Origin: Takifugu flavidus
Lineage: Eukaryota
NCBI RefSeq assembly: GCF_003711565.1
Contig: NC_079534.1
Location: 9,717,991 to 9,781,990 of the forward strand
Length of the DNA: 64,000 bases
Direction of reading: 5' to 3'
Both the position numbers and the translations under genes were made by a program. This document shows positions 44,214 through 57,659 of the stretch, in pieces. How positions within the stretch are numbered: position 1 is the stretch's first letter; each line of letters opens with the position of its first letter. The notes below the pieces were generated by a model that was not told the DNA's origin, made no database searches, and saw only the letters and a program-made list of their open reading frames with translations.

Positions 44214-44929
44214 TACTACACCTATAGAGCTTTAGCATGACCTGCATTTGTTAGGTACAGTTATTTTAAAGAAAATATGTAATACGCTCGTAAGTGTGAA
44301 CACTAACCTGGCAAGACAACATTGCTGAAGAAAAAGTTTGTTCAAGTGATGCATCACAAAATTTGGATAGACCTGTGAAATACTGAGAGAACATACAGTA
44401 GTCTGTTCTAAACTCCTGAGACTCCATAATTAACATCAAGTCTGACACTGCACATGACTACCCAAACACCATAGCAACAGTTTAGTGTGGAGGTAGGAAG
44501 GACACGACAAGAAACCGTTAATTGCTTTCAGAGAAACAAACTATAGCTGCCAGTATGCACCAGCCAATTATCTGACTGGAATTCAATGGCAAATCTATTA
44601 GCAACAAGTAGATAGAAGAGGAGGTTTTTTGAAGTCATCGTTACCATCAACGGCTTTTGTACCAAGTATGAAATACACTTCTGAATTTATTTGTTTTGTT
44701 TGTACAAAGTTGTGGGTGTTACCAATATCTGGCAAAAAGATTATTTAAGTACGTCTTAGAATTATATTGATTGATGAAGACTGGTACTTGTTTTACCTGC
44801 TATATATGTATTAGTAGAACATAAAGGAAACAATGACCACAGATTAGTTGCCCTGTTACGCTTATTTTTGATAAGAGTGTTGTGCTTCATTGAGTTTAAT
44901 GTTCAGTGTTTGTCCGGTGTGGAATGCAG

Positions 44930-45128
44930 CATTTTCCTGGTTGATCATGCATGGACATACCGCGTTGACCATGCTCGACAACAGTTGGAACAGGTACCTG
45001 GCCTGCTGGCAAGAATGGCAGCCCTCATGGAGGTGGACTTCCATGGGGAAGTCCCAGATGTTGGCACAGTGGAGTTGGTGATGGAGCGCATGTGGAAGTA
45101 CAACCAGACCTATCACCTTAATCAAGGG
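44930..45128 (+). CDS. ttll12: ttll12 exon 3.
   Basis: (S)IFLVDHAWTYRVDHARQQLEQVPGLLARMAALMEVDFHGEVPDVGTVELVMERMWKYNQTYHLNQG. tgcag acceptor. GTTTGT donor. Confidence 0.85.
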
Positions 45129-45224
45129 GTTTGTTTGACTTGATTGAATACTCATTCCTGATTTTAATCACTATTAAATTCACATTTAACTGACTTTCTG
45201 AAATATGTGTGCATTTGTGTTTAG

Positions 45225-45384
45225 TCTGCAGAGGAGAAGGTTCCTGTGTGGTACATCATGGATGAGTTTGGTTGCAAAGTGCAGCACTCAGACCACCCAA
45301 GTTGTGCCATGGTGCCTTTCTTCTATATTCAGGGTCAGCTGGCGTACTCCTTACTCTGGCCTTTGCAGGACCTGCAGAAAGGAG
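45225..45384 (+). CDS. ttll12: ttll12 exon 4.
   Basis: SAEEKVPVWYIMDEFGCKVQHSDHPSCAMVPFFYIQGQLAYSLLWPLQDLQKG. tttag acceptor. GTGAAT donor. Confidence 0.85.
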
Positions 45385-46445
45385 GTGAATACTGGATGCA
45401 CACACAGCAACGATGTTATCTACAATTCAAATCCATGTAAAGGATAGAAAGGCATTGAAAAGCTGTAGCACAAGACCACATTGTCATAATTCAGATATAA
45501 CTGTTGTCATGATAACAAAATTGTGATACTGCAATAATACAATTACACTGAAATTTTCATACAGATTCAAAAACAATGTCATCACTAAAGCTTTAAGCAC
45601 CTGGAAAACGAATGGTGTATTAAAATTTGTACAGAATTTGATGCCTTTCTTAGTTTTTTAAATGGTTATTTTAGACATTAATTTGCACTTCCATTGTGAA
45701 TTTCTCTCTCTTGGGGTTTTGTCTGTTTTCATATTGCAGCAATTTTCTTTCACATTTGTTCTGTCGTTTTGTATGTTTTTGCTTTGTTACTGTGATTGCA
45801 ATTGTGATTTTTTCCTTTTGCAGCGTTTTTCTGTTGCATTTGTCACAGCAGATGGCTGTTCGCAGTGACTGGCTGTTTGCAATGGCTGGCTGTTTGCATT
45901 TTCCCCGGTTGGCCTTGTGATTACAAATTATAAAACTCTTAAATGTAATTCTTCATTTATTTCCATTATTTCTTTTAATATCAAAGTGGGTCATACATTT
46001 TTTTCTTTTGTTTTTTTCATATTTTTTCATACCTGGTCACATATTTTCTACTGAATTTAATTTTTTTCCTGTAACTTTAATTCACTGGCTTTGACATGAT
46101 TCTATTAGTAGAATAAATAAAACATATATATTTTTCTCAGACCCAAATTCTTAAAGTAAGAAAAGTTAGATAATACTTAGAATTCTTATAGAGAGCTTTT
46201 AGATAATTGGCTTTTTTTACTGGCTATCCAAGAGTGACTTTTAAAGACAAAAAGACAACAACAAAAGACAAGTCGGAAGGTAATTAGCCGCCACACTCCA
46301 GCCAGTAAACCTAAATAGATCTTCTAAAGACATAATTATATGTGTCTTAGTCATGCACACTCCAATAGATGAAAGTAAGGAAGGAAATAAAGATTAGAGG
46401 GATATGCTAATCAAATTTATGTTTTTTCCCCTGTAATTTCCACAG

Positions 46446-46579
46446 ATGAAGTAACTCGAGATTATACATATGGAGAAACAAACCCTCTTGTGAAACGATG
46501 TCGTCTTTTACCGTGGATACCTGGCGATCTTGAGGAAGTCAATATTGTAACCACTGAACCCCCCGACGCATACTATGAG
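46446..46579 (+). CDS. ttll12: ttll12 exon 5.
   Basis: DEVTRDYTYGETNPLVKRCRLLPWIPGDLEEVNIVTTEPPDAYYE. ccacag acceptor. GTGAAA donor. Confidence 0.85.
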
Positions 46580-47409
46580 GTGAAACCAAACCCATTTTTC
46601 TGGGCTTAATAGAATAAAATAGAATACAGTAGAACACACTGATAGAAATGATGTGTGTTCATATGGAAAATGCAACATGAAATTAGGTTACAGTAAATTT
46701 TCTTAAAGGGAAGCAGAATTTCCACTTGAAGTTTTCAGCCAACATGAGCAACAAAAAATAGTCAAGTATGGTCAGAACATGGTCACATTTATTGTTCCTT
46801 ATCAAAAATCTATGTAAAATTAAATATTTACATCATACAACATGTATTTGCACATTTCACCAGAAAATGCAAAGTTATTATTTTTGTTATGTTGGGTTTA
46901 CATGACACTGTCTGTTTTGGAATAATGGAAGAACTGAAAACGATGTAGTTGCCATGCAGGGCCACTATGTGGTACTGTGGGATTTGTGTTGTGCGTTTTC
47001 TGAAACTATCGTTTTCCCCATTTCCATGGAAACGCTTAACACTCCAACCAGTTTTCAAAAAGCAGAGAGCCAAAACATGACAGAAGTTGTAAATGGGGCC
47101 CAACAGCAGCTGTTTTGTTGGGAGCAGATCATATCTCTGCCATTGGAGGGTAGTGTCTTGTCTACTTACGGCCTTCTTTGCCTGTCAGTAAATAAACTGA
47201 AATGCAATTCACGGTTATATGAATGACAGTTTGGACATATTTGTAGTAGGTAGTGGAATGAGCTTGATCTCATTAGGTTAAAAATGTTCATTATGTCAGT
47301 GTGGTGCATTATTTCATGATATTTCAGGTAGAAAGGTAGAAAGGAACCATGAGATGATTGGGTTAGTTCCACAAAAATTATTTTTTCAATCCTGTTTCTT
47401 CCAATTCCA

Positions 47410-47486
47410 GAGTGTAATATCAGAGAACAAGGAGCAACTCCCTGTGGAAATCAAACCCTCCACTGTGCCTCAGAACAAAATCTTAA
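47410..47486 (+). CDS. ttll12: ttll12 exon 6.
   Basis: SVISENKEQLPVEIKPSTVPQNKIL(K). tccag acceptor. GTAGGT donor. Confidence 0.8.
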
Positions 47487-47699
47487 AGTAGGTGTCTTAC
47501 TTTAACAGTTATTTACTTTTGATTTTACCAATGAAGACCTTTGTTATTAAGACAAAGTATTTGCTTTGGTAAGCATGTAAGGCAGAATTGAGGTTTCATT
47601 TTAAATGTTATCCAAAAATAAATGTGTTTTCATTCGTAATTGTTTGTTTGATTTAATATATCAGTGGGACAGTGTGCAAGAGCATTAATCATTTACTAG

Positions 47700-48810
47700 A
47701 AAGGAGGAGACGCTTGCACCACATTTAGCTGTAACTGCTAAGTTCCATCTTGAACCATCGTCTCACTCCTAACCCTGCACTATTAGCATCCAGTCCGATA
47801 CCCTTTTTCTTGTGACAGTGTGTCCTTATTGGGAAACGGGAGGACCAGGCACCCAGTAACTTTTGAATCCTCCTCCCATGTCAGCGTGGTCAGATCAGTC
47901 TTCTAGCTCGCCAAAGTCACCCCGACTAGATCCCTGAGCTCCATCAGCCTGTGCAGCTTTTAAAACAGACTGTTTCATCTTTTTTCCACTTTCTTCCTTC
48001 CAATTTGTGTTTTGGTCTTGCATCTGCTCCTGAACAAAGGATGTCACCTTTGTGGGAGTTCCCCATTCCTCCACAATGATGGAGAACCAATTTTCTTTGT
48101 GTGTATGAGGGGAAATATCGTAATAAAATGGTACGCCATCTTTAAAATGGTGACTTACAGCCAGATAAGCATCCATGGTCACGATGGATGGACATGATAG
48201 TGCCCATATCCAAGGTCAGGCACCCAGCAGTGGCCTGCTAGACAGGGGTTTTGGCCTTTCTTGTGTCTTCTAGTTTTTTTAAATTGTGCTTTATTTTAGA
48301 AACAGCTTGATAGTTAACTGACTATTTTGCTCCTTGGAACAGTCAAGCAGCAGAATTTCATGTCATATGTGACATACAGTAGCAGTGCTTTGATAGGACC
48401 CACACTTCCTCCTGTCTTCTTTTAACTTTGACTAGTTTCTACTTTCTCTGCAACCTAAGAGGAGCACAAGTTCCCTCCCACTACGTGTATACTGTATACA
48501 TGGTACAGGGGCACCATGAAGAGATTCATCAGCAACTACATCATTACCTGGTGTGGAGGCAGCACCACCTGCTGGAAGACACTGCAGCACATAGTAAATG
48601 CAGCCTGCAAACTCCTTGGTGCCCCTCTGCCCTCCCTCATGGACATTTACTCCACCCGCAGAGCCATCAGTATTGCTAAGGACACCTTCCATCTCTCACA
48701 CACCTCCTGTCTGGCAGCCCGGACCACCAGACTCTTGAACAGCTTCCTACATCTTGCTGTCAGGAGCATCAACTTAGTTTACAGGTTTTTTTTTTACAGC
48801 AGCTGAAATG
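47700..48810. mobile_element. Unclassified teleost interspersed repeat with ORF fragments, in a ttll12 intron.
   Basis: Plus-strand ORF ..FISNYIITWCGGSTTCWKTLQHIVNAACKLLGAPLPSLMDIYSTRRAISIAKDTFHLSH..RLLNSF.. is a motif widespread in fish repeat-derived ORFs. Family not assigned. Confidence 0.3.
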
Positions 48811-49550
48811 GATTATTTAACAGTTGTTTCTCTTTAAACGTTAGTGAAGCATTAAACAGTGTCCGGAAGGGCTTGGCTGAGAGTAGAGACCTGTGCTGTG
48901 AGTTTTTGGCAATTCACAAAGTAACCTGCAAATCCCACGATCTGAAAAGACTCAATGTTTTGACTCCCCCAGTCCACAGAAATCCTTGACAACACATCCC
49001 CTACATATGTGTGAGGGTGCAGTCATGTGACCCAGACAGGTTTCTCTGCTGCATGAGAACAATTCTGGCTTATTTCCTGTTCATCCTCTATACCTCACAC
49101 TTCATATGCAAGTCAGCAACTTGCCACCATCAGCCAGTTGGTTGCCAGGCATTGTTCACAAATCAAAACCTGTAGACCCTCTGAACGAATAGAAGCTTGG
49201 GAGTGGGAGTGGGATTGGGACACAGATAAGCACCCTTATCCTATGGAATTGGGATACTAAAGCAATCCACCATTAGATTTTATAAAATAAAAATATGATA
49301 GTAGTTATATATACTATAGTTTTATAAATACAATTTAAGTAAAGATACAATTCCATATTATGCACCAATATCTTTTAACCATGATCTAGTCCTCTACTGT
49401 ATTTCTGTCTACAGAAAATGTCTGTTTTGACAAGACTAATTTATTGTCACACAGTGTTTTAATGTAATATTAATAATAATGTTAATAATACTTTTATAAA
49501 GTCAACTGTCTACAACATTTCAGTGTCGTCCTTGTCTGCCTTTCTTAAAG

Positions 49551-49667
49551 GGTTTACTCTGAAATGTTGCAAGTAACAAACAACCTGACTCACCCAGGAT
49601 TCCAGATTACAGAGGAAGAGGAAGAGGCTGATATCTTGTGGAAATACAATCATATCAAAGACTACAG
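49551..49667 (+). CDS. ttll12: ttll12 exon 7.
   Basis: (K)VYSEMLQVTNNLTHPGFQITEEEEEADILWKYNHIKDY(R). cttaaag acceptor. GTCAGT donor. Confidence 0.85.
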
Positions 49668-49849
49668 GTCAGTGATGGCAACATGGAAGACCCCTTTGCA
49701 CCATGGTTATTTGAGTTCTTTAAGATAAGAACTGTGAGCCATTTAAGTTACAGGAAAACCTCTAAACTCACTCACTCTATCTCAATCTTTCTCTCTCACT
49801 ATCTATCGGCCTCTATATCTGTATACATCTGTACCTCTCTATCTATCAC

Positions 49850-50005
49850 TGTCTGTCTGTCTGTCTATCTATCTGCCTGCCTGTCCACCCGCCTGTCTGT
49901 CTAATTGTCTGTCTGTCTATATGTTTGTCTCTCTGTCTCACTATGTCTCTGTCTCTCTCATCCATCCATCCATCCATCCATCCATCCATCCATCCATCCA
50001 CCCAT
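49850..50005. repeat. (TCTG/TCTA)n and (CATC)n microsatellites.
   Basis: Seen directly in sequence. Confidence 0.9.
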
Positions 50006-50030
50006 CGATAATTATGTATTTCTCTAACAG

Positions 50031-50225
50031 GACACTAAGTGAGAAAAAGCCTCACGTGATGCTGAACCAATTTCCATGTGAAAGCCTCGTCACTGTGAAG
50101 GATTGCTTGGCTGCAGTTGCCCGCAGAGTTGCAGGGGGGCCGTCACCAGCTTGGCTACCAGAAACGTTCAACCTGCAAATAGAGCTGCCACAGTTCATCA
50201 AAAATTATCAACAGAGACAAAAATG
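50031..50225 (+). CDS. ttll12: ttll12 exon 8.
   Basis: [64 protein letters not shown]. ctaacag acceptor. GTTGGA donor. Confidence 0.85.
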
Positions 50226-50764
50226 GTTGGACTATTTTAGTTATTGAAAACTCATGTTGCATCTTAGAGGTCCCATATTATTCAAGATTTTTACAAGAAA
50301 TAATCTTTCTATCCAGCCCCCATAAAACATTTTTTTTACATTTGTGCAAGAAGATTCCTCTCAGAGTAGGGATAAAGCATGCCCCTGAAATAGCCAGGGG
50401 GTTTGGCATCTGAAGCTTCAGTGCAAATGAGCGGCTGCTTTTGGTGTGCCCTCCTGAAGGCCACATCTCCCGGCACCATGGCAGCAGTCAGAGGCGGTGC
50501 AGCCCTCATTTGAATACTTAGCACGTTACCACTGTGGTACTGTGGCTTGCGCACTCTCATGAAACACACAAAACTAGTGCCTCACTCAAGAGGCCTATGA
50601 GGAGATCTCTACAGACACAATTAAATAATAATTGATTAGTTGTGAAATTCATGAGACAGTGCATTTTACTTAATATTGGACCTTTAAAAGGTTTTATGCT
50701 TTGTAGTTAATCAGTTATTCATGATGATTAGTTAACTGGCTCAGTCTTTCTTTGTATGTTTCAG

Positions 50765-50876
50765 TGGAGAAGATAACCACTGGATCTGTAAGCCCTGGAA
50801 TCTGGCCCGTGGACTGGATACACACATTACCAACAACCTGGATTACATTATCAGACAAAGAGAAAGTATACCAAAG
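50765..50876 (+). CDS. ttll12: ttll12 exon 9.
   Basis: (C)GEDNHWICKPWNLARGLDTHITNNLDYIIRQRESIPK. tttcag acceptor. GTCATA donor. Confidence 0.85.
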
Positions 50877-51717
50877 GTCATAACCAATACAGTATTATCA
50901 TAATTTTGTTTTTTTGAAAATTACCTTTTACAACCACTTAAATGTCGCATTTCCGTAGGTATTCACACCCTTTATGATTACACTTGAATTTAAAGTGTAT
51001 TTAAAAATAATTAATTAATAAGGGCATTTCCACTGTAGGAACCCCCTGGGGGACAATTTACAGGAACTTTTACAGGCCCTAACCAAGTCCCTGCTCCAGG
51101 ACAGATACTTAGATCACCAGGGAAAATACTCCCGGGTGGGGCTTGAAGTTTACTTTGCGTTGTTGGGAGCTCTCTCAAATTCTTCAAAGCACCTTTTCCT
51201 CTTGTGTATAGCGTCCACCGGCATGTTCACAAACACAAACCAGAAATGCTACAACCACCTCAGCTCCTTCCATGTTTACCTTCTTCCTTGTTTTCTTTAA
51301 GATTTTGGCTTTTGGCGGGCTGCCCGGGTGACATCACAGTCGCAACTGTCACAAAATGACATTGATTTGCCAAATGAAATGTAAAATGTACTTAACATGA
51401 ATGAGAGAACTTTGAACCAAAGCAAAAGTCCTGTCCTGTTTGTCCTCAGTACAGGTAAGACAGGCTGTGACATTTCCCAGTGGCTGGAAACTATAACAGT
51501 GTTTTTTTGGGGTTCCATTGGCTAAAGGTTACAATCTTTAAAATTCAAAGAAATTAACCCATAAAATATATCAATCTTTGTACTGAAGGTATATGGATTG
51601 AAATAAATCTCATTTTATTCACATTCTAATTTAGCCTCATGTATCTAGAAAGCAGAGTTTCAGTATTGGCAGGTTATTTTATGTTCCCTCTAACTAGTCG
51701 TGCAATTTCTTTTGTAG

Positions 51718-51869
51718 GTGGTTTGTAAATATATTGAAAATCCAGTGCTGTTCAACCGAGAAGAGGTAGGAATGGTGAAGTTTGACATACGCTACATGCT
51801 CATGTTGCGATCTGTGGAGCCCCTGCGTCTCTACGCCTACAACATCTTCTGGTTGCGCTTCGCTAACAG
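51718..51869 (+). CDS. ttll12: ttll12 exon 10.
   Basis: VVCKYIENPVLFNREEVGMVKFDIRYMLMLRSVEPLRLYAYNIFWLRFAN(R). tttgtag acceptor. GTGCAT donor. Confidence 0.85.
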
Positions 51870-53175
51870 GTGCATTAAATACAAATTCAAATAGATTTCA
51901 AAAGGTATAACATGTTTGAGTCATGTTTGGATAAGATAATTGGCCAAAGTTATAATCAAAGATTTACGATGATGTATTACAGGTTAGTAAAATGTGATAC
52001 CAATCTGATGGGTACCCGAATCAAGGAAGCAGCAAATGCGAAAGCAGCAATCTACATACATTTATGTGCTGCCTTTATTAAAAATATATCCTTTACTATT
52101 ATGGTTTGAATAGAACCAGTGCTGGAGCCAGCATGGTCTTATTTTCAAGTGAGAAAGAAGTACCAAACAAGGATTTTTCCTTTATATTCCCTTAACACTC
52201 TTTTTCAGCTGTGTCCTCAGCTCATGACAGACAATGTTCTTTCCAAAAGCATCAGCTGTGTGCACAATGGACATCCTGTGTCGATAATAATAGGTGTTGC
52301 ATGGCTTTTAATATGATTTTAGGACATGGCCATTTTCTTTTATCTTAGGTATTGTAAACCACAACAAAAGAGAAGACAATAGAAGATATAACGGTAGCAC
52401 TAAATTTGATTGTTTGGTTGAAAATCATATCTAGTCAGTGTTTACTAAACCATGCAGCTAAATTAACCATTTTTATGTGTATGCTTTGTCAGGCCTTTAT
52501 TGCAGTTAGTAGCACCTTTTTTATTGATATGATTTAATGAATATACCATTTTAATAATTTGTAAGAAATGGTGTTAAATAAGTAAAAATTCTGATCCCAA
52601 ATGATCAAGAAATGACATATTTATTTTTTTCTCTACACACCACCATAATGTATTTGAAATTATGAAGTAAAGATGTGGCTGAAGTGTTCAGGTAATTTAA
52701 GTATCTGCCCAATAGCACTTAAATGCTAATTCATGACATCACAAAAAACAGAATAACAAAAACAAAGAAGTTTACAGTGTAATTTTCATAAAGGCTTGAT
52801 GAACACAATTCTAATGTGGACCTAAACCTGCCAGGTAAAATTATCACACTACACTACATCCTCTTTGAGGTTTTACTGGTGGCATTTACTGGCAGAAAAG
52901 GATAAAATAAGAGAAAGAATCTTTACTATGCTACCCTTAAAACCTTGCTCTGGTCAGTTTTTAGTCCTCTAGAGTTTTCATATTAAAAAAGAGCAGTTCC
53001 CTTAAACTCATTTAAGATAGATTTAATCGCATTAGCTTGGCAAATCTGAAAGAATAGTATGAAAAAATAGAGGCAAAAAGTAAATTGGTTTGTAAATGTA
53101 TTACTGTAATAATATATTTAACAAAAGCACATTCCTTCATTGCTCTAATGCAATATTTTGATATGTCCAACCCAG

Positions 53176-53257
53176 ACCTTTCTTTTTGGACCATTTTGAT
53201 GATTACCAGAAACACTTCACTGTAATGAATTATGCTGAAGGTGTGGAGCTCAAGCAG
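53176..53257 (+). CDS. ttll12: ttll12 exon 11.
   Basis: PFFLDHFDDYQKHFTVMNYAEGVELKQ. cccag acceptor. GTATTT donor. Confidence 0.85.
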
Positions 53258-53584
53258 GTATTTTTTAAATGTTTTTTTCATGTTACTATAGTATTATTGA
53301 TTTGTAAAAGTATATATGACCAATACAGCATAAATTCGATTAACTTGTTCATGGAATGTTGTTTCCAATTTGGGAACAATAAAACACATTTATCCATCCA
53401 TCTATCTCATTTCAGAAAGGCCTTTTTTGATAACAAAAACCTATTTTCTTCTTTTTTGCCTGTGTTGGTTTGTATTTTACCTGTGAAGTTGATACCAATA
53501 CTGTATGTACGTTATAATTTACAACATGTTGGGCTAGTTCAGTTTGAGTGATGTTGTGATGTTGGACGTTTGCTATATTTCTAG

Positions 53585-53653
53585 GTGCACTTCAATGACT
53601 TCATCCCTATGTTTGAGAAGCAGTACCCTCAGATCACATGGAAAGAGATCGAA
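53585..53653 (+). CDS. ttll12: ttll12 exon 12.
   Basis: VHFNDFIPMFEKQYPQITWKEIE. tttctag acceptor. GTAAGT donor. Confidence 0.85.
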
Positions 53654-53991
53654 GTAAGTGCTCACTTTTTTGAAGATGTTATCAACTGCAGGAATCTGAC
53701 TGGAAATGAGGGCTTGAATGTGATCACAAACATATGATAATTTTATGTTTAACATGTCCTTAGCTTAGGTAAAATAATTTTACTGACTGAATGTAAAGAA
53801 GAAGAGAGCCCGATAGATATACGTACATTCCGTGTCAAAGAAGTGTAGTCTACAGCATTCTAACTTTTAAACTAACTTATAGGACACTTGTATCAGAATG
53901 CTTTCAATGGGTGTTTTCTCTGTACATCTTTCACATTATATATGTTTCCCTGTTGTCAGCTACATTTACTGTCTTTGTTTAAATTTCATAG

Positions 53992-54130
53992 GCAGAGCTT
54001 TTCAAAGCTTTCAAAGAACTCTTCATGGCAGTTACATGCCGACCGCCTCCTTATGGCATTTGTCCCTACCCATCATCTCGAGCAATCTACGCTGTGGATC
54101 TCATGCTAAAATGGAGTACTGGACAAAATG
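53992..54130 (+). CDS. ttll12: ttll12 exon 13.
   Basis: AELFKAFKELFMAVTCRPPPYGICPYPSSRAIYAVDLMLKWSTGQN(G). tttcatag acceptor. GTAAGT donor. Confidence 0.85.
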
Positions 54131-54577
54131 GTAAGTGTCTCTTCACCATGATTTGAACCATTAGGGATTAAAATGCACAAACCATTAGGAATGACCAATG
54201 GCTACTCATTTGAAACAAAATAAAATCCAGAAACTCTTTGAATGTGTCTATTTTTTACATACATACCAGCACTCACTAAACAGGTGTACCTTCACTCAGT
54301 GATGAGTGAAAATTGAATTGTAAAAATTTTGTGAAAACTGAAATATTACATTGACATAATTATTCAGACCCTTTTGACAGGAACTGCAGCATCCACTCTA
54401 AGTTAGCATGATGCCATATCAGCTTTTAGAGATGTTTGGGTTTGAGTCAGGGGTCTGAGTCAAACCTCCCCCCAAAAAAAACTTGGGGTAATGCCATCAG
54501 AACCAAAGAACTGAGAAGGAAAACTGTACCCTGGATCATAGGAGGAAACATTAATCTGAACAAACTGGAATCTACCG

Positions 54578-56095
54578 TATTTTCCGGACTATAAGCCGCT
54601 ACTTTTTTCCTATACTGTACTTTAAACACTGCGACTTATTCTACGGTGCGGCTTATTTATGTATTTTTTCTATCGGCCGCTTTTCTGCTCGAGCAGAAAA
54701 GTTACTGCCGCGTCATAGGCACTGTTTGAAAAGAAAAGTAGTGATGGGCAAATGATACCGAGGCTTCGGAGCTTGTGTCACTCTTCCCGAAGCGGAGTGA
54801 TTCGAAACACTGTGTCGGAGCTTGTATCAAAACACCAGTGTCAGGTGACCATCGCTGTTTCGCTTCGCGCTTCACTGCTTCAAAATGTTTCGAAGCCTCT
54901 CAATGGCTCAGCCTTTCAGTGTGTGTCATTGGCTCATGGCGTTTCAATGCATTCTGAGACAGATTTGAGTGGTTTGATGGCATATCAGCTATATAAGATG
55001 CATTAATATGCCTCAAAATTGTTGGGTTGTGAGGAGATAGAGATTTGGAGAGTGAGAGTTAGAGTATTTTGGCAAGTTTCATGGCGAGTACCACCAATAA
55101 GCGACGTTCTAGAGTTTGTGAGGACAAATAACTTTTCTGCTTCTGTGAAAAATCATTCCAAATCAAACATATGACAAATGACACACCATTATCTTTAAAG
55201 GTTTTCCTTAAAAACACTTCACACACACAAAAAAATGTTTCTGAATTCAAACACCATGATGATTTGCAAAGTAGGAAGGATTTCGAATCCTGTTAGGGAC
55301 TTTTAGTAGTTTTTAAATAAATCTCAAAGTGTTCAATGAACCCTTAACCAACACTGAACCCTTAATATAATTTGCTTTTATTTTTTGGGTTAATCTTGAA
55401 TGTGTTTTAGAGTAAGAGGGAGAGCATCTGCATATTTTATTGTAAAGACGATATAATTATTATTTGGTATGAATGAACAAAACCCCTGGATGAGCACACA
55501 ATGAACTTTTATTAGTGTCATGGGATTGAAAGAGTGCTAGCGCTTCAGTCGTGCTCTTTGGAGGTTGCTATGGCTTCAGTTGTCCACCAGATGTCACCGT
55601 CACTGAAGTCTCGAAGCGTTGAATCTTTTTCGACACAATTGTTAGGAAAGCCTCAGTGCTTCATGAGGCTTCACTTTCCCACCCCTAAAGAAAAGCAAAG
55701 GTAGTGTAGCGTGTTGGGGAGGGTCAGTGTGGGAATTTCCCAGCATGCTTTGTGGCAGTGTGTCTGTGGGTTCAGGTTGGTGTTAACCCTGTTTTTGTTC
55801 ATTGTAAATGTTATCTTTTCCAACTTTCAATGTTAGTGTTCTATTTATTGAGTTCTGGTTGTTGATGTATTTAATTACTGTTTTAATTACTATTTGCACC
55901 TGCACACCATAAGCCAGGTTATCTGTGTGATTGAAGACCTCCCTTCGTTGCTGTGTGTTGTTCATCGTTTAATAAAAATGGCCCTTCCTGCAGTCCAACA
56001 GCAGAATAAGCTGGTAGAAGTCTGCGTCTGATGTCTTCCACGACCTATGTTTCATTGTGGCTGATTATGTGGCTTATAGTCTGGAAAATGCATGA
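54578..56095. mobile_element. Non-autonomous element (MITE-like, about 1.5 kb) with TIRs related to the pogo-like family. Lies in ttll12 intron 13.
   Basis: Left end accgtattttccggactataagccgc. Right end (reverse complement) catgcattttccagactataagccac. No transposase ORF. Confidence 0.45.
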
Positions 56096-57507
56096 TAAAT
56101 ATCATGTGAACCAGCCTAGTGTTATCCCTTTGATTCCAATGAATTACTAAAGAAATAAAGCCTGTTTGGTAGTCAGATCCTCACTGAGGAGGGTGACTCA
56201 GAAGACTTTGGGTAACTTTGTTCCCAAGCAGCTCTTACAAGGCTTGTGGACTAGGTGGTCCCCTTTCAGGGCTGCCTCTATCGCAAGTATCACAACTGGT
56301 GAACACTTTTTGTAGTAGCCAAGCAGCCATTTCCTGTTTACGGAATTTCCCCCCATTTTTCTTCACAAACATCTTCAGATACTGTGAAATTCCTGGGCTG
56401 CCTTGCACAGACTGCTCTCTTGAAGTTTATTCAGAATTTAAAATGATATTTAGGTCAAGAAGCTTTGAGGGCCACAACAAAACCTTCAGCTTGGAGGATC
56501 ATTATCCATTTTATGAGCATCCTCTTTTCTGCTTGATTTTTCCTTATTTTTATTCCTCTTGTCCTGTCCAACAGTGAGGCAGCAGAATTGGCATCTGAAT
56601 GCCTCTTGGTATCTGTCAGTTTTTTTCTGCCCGGATGGGCCTGACGAACCATCCTGAACCATGAATACTAAGAATTTATTTTATAAATGAATCTTGAACC
56701 CGAGTGCTGGGGAACCTATGAACCAATGGACAATTACAACAACTACTATACAAGCAATAGACAGAAGAGAAAAGAGAGAAAGGAATAAACAAAAAAGAAA
56801 CCCCCCAGAAAAAGAAAACATTTCCCAACACAGCAATACAAGAAACAGAACTGAAAACAATCAACTTGATTTTTACCGGTAGTATTATATTTTCTTTTCA
56901 GAAATTGTTTGAATTGAATTCTTGGTACATCCTTTCTTCCCTCTGTGTAGAAATGTTCCCCTACCGCTCATTTCAACACAAAGTGTTTTATTTTAAATTC
57001 ATCAGCCCTCAGGACATGTTTACAAAGGGCATCGGCTTCTTCTAATGTCCTTTTTCCAAATTTCTGATGTTGTACTTTGTGCTGAGAAGGCAGTTTTTCT
57101 TTTGATGATTCTGGTCCTTAAGTCCTCTATTGGGCTGAGCTGCAGCACAGTGGTGCTTCAAGGGAAAAGTCCCTTAGAAAGGGCAGTTCTTGAACCATTC
57201 ATTGTCTGACTTCTCATTAGCCATCTAGCTTGGAAGGCCTTATAAACACCCAGCTTAAAGGTTCATAGTCACACAAACTGATGGGTCCTATAGTTGGAAA
57301 TAGATAAATACAGGGTCATCACTCATCTGATGTGGTAGTTTTTTAATATAACTCTTGTAATTGTTAAATAGATTTTCACAGCTACTTTTTTGGAATTGGG
57401 GCTTGTGTACATTTATATATTTTAGCACTTTTTTTTACGTCTTGTAACTTGTATCTCTATAATCTTCATAATTTCATTTATTTCTGTCCATTCTAATCAT
57501 TTATCAG

Positions 57508-57659
57508 GTGAGGATGTCATGCAACCTCAGATCCTGGAGTTGAACTTCAGTCCAGACTGTGAACGGGCCTGCCAGTACCACCCCTCTTTCTACAATCACA
57601 TCTTCCAAACATTGTTCCTGGATCAGCCTGAAAACTGTCCTGTTACTCAGATTGTGTAA
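57508..57659 (+). CDS. ttll12: ttll12 terminal exon 14 (stop at 57657-57659).
   Basis: (G)[49 protein letters not shown]. ttatcag acceptor. Confidence 0.85.
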
